A DNA stretch of 64,000 nucleotides from Azolla caroliniana. Its lineage: Eukaryota; Plantae; Polypodiophyta. Every line of letters begins with the position of its first letter. Position 1 is the first letter of the stretch. The notes beneath the pieces are model-generated. The model saw only the letters and a program-made list of their open reading frames with translations, made no database searches and was not told the DNA's origin. Shown piece after piece: positions 63,328-64,000 of the stretch. The position numbers and the translations under genes were made by a program. The DNA is taken from assembly GCA_043228905.1 (NCBI GenBank), contig JBHGNT010000011.1:10850001-10914000 (forward strand). The letters run 5' to 3'.

Positions 63328-64000
63328 CGCTCTCCGGATGAAGAGACATATTCGTAAATATGTTTCTGAAAGTCCATCGTGGCTATATTTGTAAATAGCC
63401 GAAAAGTCATATTAGTATAAATATGACTTAGGGCAAACTTTTGTGGTTGTTGTTGTCATTGTTGTCTGCGCGAGATCGGAGCGCGTAACTGTGTACAGAG
63501 AGAGTGAGAGAGAGGAAGAGGTCGTTGCCTCAGTTGTAACCGCCGCCTGTAGCGAAGATCGTGAGCACGAGGTCGTTGCCTCCGTGAACTCACTGTTGTA
63601 CATTCTAACATAGTGATAGTTTGCAGCCTGTGGGCTGCCGTGGTTTTTCCCTCAGTTTGGGTTTTCCACGTAAACATCCTGTGTACTCTTCTCCTCTTTA
63701 TGTCGTGCATTTATTTCCCGTTTTCTGCGTATGATTCTAAGCTCGGTTGTGGCCGAGCGCTGCACATAAGGAACGATTAGTTCACGTCAGATGAATCCGA
63801 TGACCGAGATCCAACATCCGGCATCATCCGGTGACGGCGACCGACGGAGCCGGCGAAACGATGACCAGACGGAGAAACGCCTTGTAAAAATACATTAATA
63901 ATAAACATATATATATATATGTATGTATGTATGTATATTCAAAAGGAGTGCAAGTGAAAACTTGATCCTTGTACCTCCACGTTGAGAGTCTATAGATTTA

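Larger units (their letters stand above)
59351..63789 (+). mobile_element. Ty1/Copia element F with an internal deletion (integrase core and RT N-terminus missing)
   Basis: LTRs 59351-60357 and 62945-63789, TSD GATGA, PBS TGGTATCAGAGC 60360-60371, PPT GAAGGGGGGG; gag, CCHC, PR and GAG-pre-IN join directly at ~61860 to RT YVDD and RNase H. Confidence 0.95.
52339..64000 (+). mobile_element. Non-chromovirus Ty3/Gypsy element G3 (tRNA-Trp primed); 3' LTR interrupted by Copia F and running off the window
   Basis: 5' LTR 52339-53326, PBS 53335-53350, gag-PR 53392-55592, pol ~55590-58852 (FLDDISIKGC, WFGPY), PPT TGGGGGTGGA 58941-58950, 3' LTR 58951-59350 + 63795-64000. Confidence 0.93.

Overview
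Eukaryotic, almost certainly seedless land-plant (bryophyte/lycophyte/fern-type) nuclear DNA; the organism call is an inference from the TE families present. About 75% is nested, mostly degenerate LTR retrotransposons in two clusters (1-36.3 kb and 51-64 kb). These include several Ty1/Copia elements (tRNA-iMet PBS, 5-bp TSD), one Tcn1-like chromovirus split by two later insertions, and three related non-chromovirus Ty3/Gypsy elements (tRNA-Trp PBS, 4-bp TSD, gag-protease in ORF1 and RT-RH-IN in the -1 frame). Between the clusters is an AT-rich island with the only intact host gene (an intronless CYP86-clan cytochrome P450), an actin pseudogene fragment, two LINE remnants and local tandem duplications. 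The most interesting signals are: (i) a GGAUUUU slippery site plus H-type pseudoknot conserved in all three Trp-primed Gypsy elements; (ii) tRNA-like A-box/B-box (Pol III-type) modules antisense inside the LTRs of several Gypsy families; (iii) CpG-centred 4-bp target sites for the Trp-primed lineage; (iv) a ~264-bp-arm hairpin in the chromovirus whose left arm was later split by a 7-kb insertion; (v) Copia LTRs with a variable-number 54/51-bp minisatellite. Identity values are manual estimates.
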